Below, in pieces: positions 58,926 through 64,000 of a DNA stretch of 64,000 nt. The stretch is taken from contig JAWKZQ010000006.1 of the NCBI GenBank assembly GCA_041395865.1, forward strand, positions 6,718 through 70,717. The letters are read 5' to 3'. The position numbers and the translations under genes were made by a program. The DNA comes from Pseudomonadales bacterium. Lineage in GTDB: Bacteria; Pseudomonadota; Gammaproteobacteria; Pseudomonadales; IMCC2047. How positions within the stretch are numbered: the stretch's first letter is position 1; each line of letters begins with the position of its first letter. The notes beneath the pieces are model-generated. The model was not told where the DNA came from. It saw only the letters and a list, made by a program, of their open reading frames with translations, and made no database searches.

Positions 58926-60165
58926 TCGGTTTTCCGAAACCTTCCGAAAGAACGTTCTGACCACGCTCTTCGTACCACTGCAGGCTCTCCAGGTAGGCTT
59001 CCTTGATGTCGGCAATGCTAAGGCCGTAGCGGGACAGGCCCTGCCAGTCAATTTCGCCCCAGTTGCCGTTTTCATAGGCAATGGCGGTTTTTAACACAAA
59101 ACCGAGTACGCCTTCGTGCTTAAGCAGGGCGTCGTTGATTTCATCGGTGAATGACATGGATTCGAGTAATGCTTCCAGAGGCGTATCGAAGTAGGCATCA
59201 AGCATGGAAAACATACCCACCGTGTAGAAGAGGTCGCTTTGTCCGGAATGAATATAGGTACCAATCAATTCACACATTTTAGCGCGCGTCATGGTTAGCT
59301 CGGCCAACGCGTGGGGTTTGTCATTCAGGCTGGATAGTGCCAGCAGGCTTGCCCAGTGTTTAATATCCTTTAAGCCAATCAACAGGATGGCTCGGTACAG
59401 GGATTCAATCTTATTAGGCCGCCGGTAAGCGGCAGAGTTGACCATGCGAAGCAGTTTGAAGCTCAGTGCTGCATCCTTGGAAATGGTTTCGTTCAGTTCC
59501 TGTGGCGTGATGTCAGGTGTCTGCAGATCGCTCAGAAGCCGCATGACGACCAGTTTGTCTGCGGGTACTTTTCGACCCTTAACAGCTTTCGGGCGGCTCA
59601 GGAAATAACCCTGAAAAAAGCTGAAGCCCAGCGACTTGCAGAAGTCGTACATTTCCTGGCTTTCGACTTTTTCCGCTAACAGCTTGAGGTGATCATTCTG
59701 CAGCATGGCGGCATGAGCAATCAGTTCATCCCGGGTCAGGTCTAAAACATCGATTTTGATGATGTCTGCGAGGTCAACCAGGGGCTGGAGTGATTTATGG
59801 TATTTAAAGTCGTCCAGCGCAATGGTATAGCCCTGCTGTTTAAACTGTTGGAGACTTGCCAGGATTTCCGGTTCCGGCTCGACATCCTCCAGCACCTCGA
59901 TCACGATTTCACCGCTGGTAAAGGGGGGCGGGTCAAGAATCAGGTTGCGGGTGAAGTTGATAAAGGCTCGATGCTCGCCCACCACATTGTGGATGCCTAC
60001 TTCTGAAAAGGCGTTAAAAATAACAGTGGATGTGGCTGCATCTGCACCGATTTCCTTGTAGCTTTGCTGGTGGCTGTCCGCTCTGAATAGCAATTCGTAG
60101 GCATAAATATTCAGATTGATATCGTAAATAGGCTGGCGGGCCAGCAGAATATTTTCCTGGGGCAT
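58918..60165 (-). CDS. EAL + HDOD domain signalling protein (COG3434/YuxH-like)
   Basis: N-terminal ARQPIYDINLNIYAYELLFR (degenerate EAL = ELL), then KIDV and a C-terminal HDOD-like region (LLRMVNSAAYR ... ILLIGLKDIKHW). Confidence 0.8.
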   Translation of the reverse strand: MPQENILLARQPIYDINLNIYAYELLFRADSHQQSYKEIGADAATSTVIFNAFSEVGIHNVVGEHRAFINFTRNLILDPPPFTSGEIVIEVLEDVEPEPEILASLQQFKQQGYTIALDDFKYHKSLQPLVDLADIIKIDVLDLTRDELIAHAAMLQNDHLKLLAEKVESQEMYDFCKSLGFSFFQGYFLSRPKAVKGRKVPADKLVVMRLLSDLQTPDITPQELNETISKDAALSFKLLRMVNSAAYRRPNKIESLYRAILLIGLKDIKHWASLLALSSLNDKPHALAELTMTRAKMCELIGTYIHSGQSDLFYTVGMFSMLDAYFDTPLEALLESMSFTDEINDALLKHEGVLGFVLKTAIAYENGNWGEIDWQGLSRYGLSIADIKEAYLESLQWYEERGQNVLSEGFGKPNE

Positions 60166-60241
60166 AGGGTTCCATTAATGCGTTTTAGTCTCAGCATTAA
60201 GTGTATGCCAGAATAGCCATAACGGAAGCCTGACCGGGAAA

Positions 60242-62248
60242 TTATTCCTTGTCAGACTGGTAATTGACGGTAGCCATTTGCACACCCTGCTGATTGCGGC
60301 GGTGGGCGTATACGGCGCTGTAGGTCAGCACATTTTTTACGTATTGGCGCGTCTCATGGTAGGGAATGCTTTCAATCCACACGTCAATGGGCAAGTCCGC
60401 TGTCATTTCCAGCCACTTCTTGACCCGGTGCGGACCCGCATTGTAGGCCGCCGTTGCGTAGATATCATTGTTATTGAACTCTTCCAGCAAAGAGCTCAGG
60501 TAAGCGCTGGCCAGTTCAATATTCTTGGCGGGATCAAACAGGTCCATCTCTCCCCGGAAGCTGATCTTGTTTTTACGGGCAACCGTGCGGGCAGTGCTGG
60601 GTAACATTTGGATCAGGCCGCGTGCATTTTTACCGGAAACCGCATCATGCGTCATGGCGCTTTCCTGCCTGGCCATGGCCATCAACCAGTTACTGTTGAG
60701 CTGCCGGGCCTGGGCGGCATGTTCTATTGTCGCTTCGTAGGCAAGGGGGAACCGTAGTTCCAGGTCATGCCAGCGTTTGGCGGCGATTGCGGAACGAATG
60801 GCCTGGTCATGCCAGTTCAATTGTTTCGCATAATGGGCGGCGGCATAGTGTTGGTCTGAATTGAAATGCTGTGTCGCGCGAAACCATTCCCGGCGGGCTT
60901 CGACGGTTTGGCCGGCAGCGAGTAGCTCACGAGTCCGCACAATGGCAGGTAAAACTTTAAACCGTTCAAGGAAGTTACCGTCAATGGCATAGCTTTTGTG
61001 GTTCATCCGGTAAGGGCGTTGCAGTTGGTCTGCAGCCAGGAAACTATAAAAATCCCGTTGCTGGGCAATGGCTTCCAGTTGGGGGCGGATCTGCTTGGCG
61101 GTTGCAACACCGGTCTCAAGCTGAGCCCGGGTGAGCCAGTATTGTGAGCGGGTGGACTGGCGCGCATCGTCGGGCAGGCGCTCGACCAAGGCAATCATGT
61201 TTTCCCAGTCCTGGGCTCGGATAGCCATGCGAATACCGGCCTCAAGGACGTCGCTGGTTACCAGTGAGTTGTGCTTGGCAATGGCCTGGTAAAATTTCTC
61301 GTTATTATCCTGGTGGGCGAGCCACATCATGATCAACTGGTGGATTTCGCTGATTTCGTGGGGGTGGAACGTCTGGCGGGTTATATATTCCGGCCAGACT
61401 TCAAATGCCAACAGGGCGTCTTGGCGAGCCAAGCGCTTGAAACCCTCGAAAATAATGTCGCGATGCACTTCGTTAAAGGGCTTGAATCGAGTTGTTTTTT
61501 CCAGCTTTTCAGGGTGCAGGTATATGTCCCGATAAAGTTTGGCCTGTTCCTGGTGTGTTGGGGACATAAAACGAATCAGGTAGTGGGCCAGGCGGCTATT
61601 ACCTGCTCGCATGGCGAGTTGGAAACGCTGCCAGGCCATTTCGTCGTTCAAATGACCTTCATCTACCCACAGAGCGAAGATGGGATTGCAGGCATCAGAC
61701 TGAGAGTAACCGACCAGCCAAAGGTTAGGGACCTTTTCCAATGCCTGTTCTGTTTGTCCGTTTTGATGCTGGGCCCACAAGGCATAACACTGGAGTTCTG
61801 CGCTTTTAATTTCGCTGTTGAAGTTGTCAAGAAACGGCTGCCATTGATTCGTTTTGGCGAGATGCTTCAGCCAGCGGTACTGGAGCGGCGCTGCCAAAGG
61901 TGTGTCTGCATACAGTTGTGTGAAGTGAAGCACATCAGCAGACTGGGCCTGGTCAAGACTTTGGGTGAGGTAACTGTACTCCAGGTAGGGAAATAGCGGG
62001 TAATTGGTCAGTGAGACGCGTATTTTCCGGTAGGCATCGAAGTCCTGATCCTTCAGTATCTCCCGGGCTTTCAGATAGGTTTCGCGTTCCTGTTGCCGAA
62101 ATTCAGCTGCAGTGGATTCCTGGCTTGCTCTGGGGGGTTCTTCTTTCAAACTGGCTGACAGGGGCGCGGAGAAAAACGTCGTACAGAGAGCGATGGCAGT
62201 AAGCGTCTTTAAAGGGAAGGCGGGTTTTAACTTCCTGTTTGTTGGCAT
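60242..62248 (-). CDS. slt: soluble lytic murein transglycosylase (Slt70-like)
   Basis: Signal peptide, a long superhelical N-domain, and a C-terminal SLT domain (MARQESAMTHDAVSGKNARGLIQMLPSTA ... AAYNAGPHRV). Confidence 0.9.
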   Translation of the reverse strand: MPTNRKLKPAFPLKTLTAIALCTTFFSAPLSASLKEEPPRASQESTAAEFRQQERETYLKAREILKDQDFDAYRKIRVSLTNYPLFPYLEYSYLTQSLDQAQSADVLHFTQLYADTPLAAPLQYRWLKHLAKTNQWQPFLDNFNSEIKSAELQCYALWAQHQNGQTEQALEKVPNLWLVGYSQSDACNPIFALWVDEGHLNDEMAWQRFQLAMRAGNSRLAHYLIRFMSPTHQEQAKLYRDIYLHPEKLEKTTRFKPFNEVHRDIIFEGFKRLARQDALLAFEVWPEYITRQTFHPHEISEIHQLIMMWLAHQDNNEKFYQAIAKHNSLVTSDVLEAGIRMAIRAQDWENMIALVERLPDDARQSTRSQYWLTRAQLETGVATAKQIRPQLEAIAQQRDFYSFLAADQLQRPYRMNHKSYAIDGNFLERFKVLPAIVRTRELLAAGQTVEARREWFRATQHFNSDQHYAAAHYAKQLNWHDQAIRSAIAAKRWHDLELRFPLAYEATIEHAAQARQLNSNWLMAMARQESAMTHDAVSGKNARGLIQMLPSTARTVARKNKISFRGEMDLFDPAKNIELASAYLSSLLEEFNNNDIYATAAYNAGPHRVKKWLEMTADLPIDVWIESIPYHETRQYVKNVLTYSAVYAHRRNQQGVQMATVNYQSDKE

Positions 62249-62251
62249 GGT

Positions 62252-62689
62252 TTAATGTTCCCCGACCCGCACAGCCAGCATGTCACACTCGGCGCCGTGC
62301 AGGACACCGTTGCTGGTTGATCCGAGTAGCAGGGATAGGCCATGGCGACCATGCGTTCCAACGACAATCAGGTCGACTTGTAACTCCTTGGCGATGCGAT
62401 GAATTTCGTTCTGGGGTAAACCGACAGCGATATGCTGGTTTTCCGGTCCAATATTGTAGGGCTTGGCAAATTCCGCCATTTTTTCATGGGCGTATTCATC
62501 AAGCTGGTCCTGTATGGTGGTCAGGTCCATGGGGATATCGCCGCCATAGGCGAAATTGATGGGCTCGATGACATGCACCATGCTCAATTTGGCTGAGCTT
62601 TGCTGGGCCAGGGCGGCCGCACGTTCAGCGACAGTGAGGGACTCGTCACTCAGGTCTACAGCAAGCAGAATATGCCGGTATTGAGACAT
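62252..62689 (-). CDS. uspA: universal stress protein (UspA family)
   Basis: 145 aa. YRHILLAVDLS N-terminus and the VVGTHGRHGLSLLLGSTSNGVLHGAECDML ATP-binding-type motif. Confidence 0.85.
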   Translation of the reverse strand: MSQYRHILLAVDLSDESLTVAERAAALAQQSSAKLSMVHVIEPINFAYGGDIPMDLTTIQDQLDEYAHEKMAEFAKPYNIGPENQHIAVGLPQNEIHRIAKELQVDLIVVGTHGRHGLSLLLGSTSNGVLHGAECDMLAVRVGEH

Positions 62690-62803
62690 TCTTTAAACCT
62701 CCTATGGATCCTGCGAGGACTATTGATAGCATAGCTTGGAAGTCCTCTATATGATAGAAGTTAGATACTGATTTTTATTGAAAAGGTTCCCTCATCTTTC
62801 TCT

Positions 62804-63283
62804 ATGACTATCCTCATTATCATATTGGCCGTGGTGCTGATCATGGGGTCTGCCCTTTGGGTTTTGCCCTCAGCCCGTCAGCGCCAGCAAATGGCGATGC
62901 GGCGGGCGGCGATGGCCAAAGGCATGCAGGTCAAAATTACCAGAATCAAAGACCTGGAATACCCGGGGGAGGAAATGCCTTGCATTGCCTATCGACTCCC
63001 CAGACAACGTGTCAACGACCCTAGCCATCATGAATGGATGCTTTATCGCCATAGCGAAGCGGATCCGGAGCTGCATATTCCGGGTTGGCTTTATGATCGC
63101 GAGAAGGGGCGTCACCGTTTTAGTGACGGCGGCGCTATTGCTAAAATCCTGTTGAGACTGCCCTCTGATGTCAAAGCCGTTCAAGCCACTGCCGGAGCGG
63201 TCTCCATCTACTGGGATGAGCGTGGCGATATTCAGGACCTGGATACGATTTTGCAGGTTTTAAAGGAGCTGCAAAGCTGTTGA
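62804..63283 (+). CDS. hypothetical membrane-anchored protein
   Basis: 159 aa. A single N-terminal TM helix (ILIIILAVVLIMGSALWVL) followed by a basic stretch. No recognised domain. Confidence 0.5.
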   Translation: MTILIIILAVVLIMGSALWVLPSARQRQQMAMRRAAMAKGMQVKITRIKDLEYPGEEMPCIAYRLPRQRVNDPSHHEWMLYRHSEADPELHIPGWLYDREKGRHRFSDGGAIAKILLRLPSDVKAVQATAGAVSIYWDERGDIQDLDTILQVLKELQSC

Positions 63284-63352
63284 CTGATTTAGGGCTTTAA
63301 GCCACAGTTTTAAAACCCCCACTTAATTGCTGTAGAACCCAAGGAGAGTACG

Positions 63353-64000
63353 ATGGGATTTGCGGGAAGCTACGTCCAGCTAGAAGCATTAACCGATGGT
63401 ATCGTTGAACTGCGGTTTGACGCGCAGGATGCGAAGGTCAATATCCTCAGCCAGGCAGCGCTACTGGAATTACGATCTGCAGTGAATGAGGTTAAGCAAC
63501 AGGCTGGCTTGAAAGGGTTGATTCTGGCCAGCGCTAAAGACAGCTTTATCCTCGGGGCCGACATTACTGAATTCCTGCCCATCTTTTCCGGCCCCGCTGG
63601 GGTGATCATCGATTACCTCAATCAGGCACATGCAATTCTACGCGATATTGAAACCTTGCCTGTACCTACCGTGACAGCGATTAATGGCGACGCCCTCGGG
63701 GGTGGTTGCGAAGTCGCGCTGAGTACGGATTTCCGCGTGATCAGTACGGATGCCAGGCTTGGTTTGCCCGAAACCAAGCTGGGTATTATTCCCGGTTTTG
63801 GCGGCAGTATTCGGCTGCCACGGTTGATTGGCCCGGAAAACGCGCTCGAGTGGATTGCGACCGGACAGAATAATAATGCTGAAAAGGCGCTGCAGGTGGG
63901 TGCCGTTGATGCGGTGGTGGCATCTGAGCAGTTACGTGAAGCCTGTTTACATATTATTACTCAGGCCAATGCAGGTAAGCTGGACTGGCAGTCGCGTCGC
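63353..64000 (+). CDS. fadB: fatty acid oxidation complex alpha subunit FadB, N-terminal part (continues beyond window)
   Basis: Not in the ORF track because there is no stop in the window. AAGGAG RBS then ATG at 63353. Hand translation: MGFAGSYVQLEALTDGIVELRFDAQDAKVNILS ... SAKDSFILGADITEF ... AINGDALGGGCEVALSTDFRV (enoyl-CoA hydratase fold). Confidence 0.85.
   Translation, partial: MGFAGSYVQLEALTDGIVELRFDAQDAKVNILSQAALLELRSAVNEVKQQAGLKGLILASAKDSFILGADITEFLPIFSGPAGVIIDYLNQAHAILRDIETLPVPTVTAINGDALGGGCEVALSTDFRVISTDARLGLPETKLGIIPGFGGSIRLPRLIGPENALEWIATGQNNNAEKALQVGAVDAVVASEQLREACLHIITQANAGKLDWQSRR

Overview
The window looks like core chromosome from a Gram-negative gammaproteobacterium. That is inferred from gene content and Pseudomonas-like synteny: a FabY-type KAS, rnfABCDGE-nth, ccoNOQP / ccoGHIS / fnr, and DUF2066 / CDP-alcohol transferase / hda. 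I can support about 61 protein-coding genes. I found no rRNA, tRNA, CRISPR array, transposase, integrase or phage gene. Left to right, the main blocks are:
- YbbA/YbbP-type ABC transporter, acs, yigZ, an SMR exporter, and a GlxA-type AraC regulator divergent from a FabY-like ketoacyl synthase.
- An SLT-domain lipoprotein and yheU.
- A long minus-strand block: mnmC, nth, rnfEGDCBA, metG.
- apbC, an orphan PEP-CTERM protein and dcd.
- A small AT-rich islet with two paralogous small secreted proteins.
- A signal-peptide-bearing katG broken by two 1-nt deletions.
- Nitronate monooxygenase, DUF3108, purN, DUF2066, a PgsA-like gene, hda, PilZ, a DUF481 outer-membrane protein, DoxX, ttcA and hsp20.
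- A microaerobic respiration region: fnr, a TauE-like protein, ccoSIHG, lrgAB plus a LysR regulator, and ccoPQON.
- A hydrolase, tusA, a hypothetical gene and epmC.
- A c-di-GMP signalling neighbourhood: a long MinD/FlhG-like ATPase, an HDOD-GAF histidine kinase, a REC-PAS-GGDEF-EAL protein and an EAL-HDOD protein with tatD.
- slt, uspA, a hypothetical membrane protein and the start of fadB.

I do not see a clear, complete novel multi-gene system such as a defence island. The most unusual signals are:
1. Two copies of a composite DnaA-box-like element (direct boxes plus one inverted box). One copy lies in an ORF-free AT-rich spacer between convergent genes.
2. The AT-rich islet of paralogous secreted mini-proteins, flanked by GC-rich palindromes.
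3. The doubly frameshifted periplasmic katG.
4. The MinD/FlhG paralog with a roughly 230-aa extension, divergent from an HDOD-sensor two-component / c-di-GMP module.

All functional calls come from motif recognition by eye. No database searches were run.
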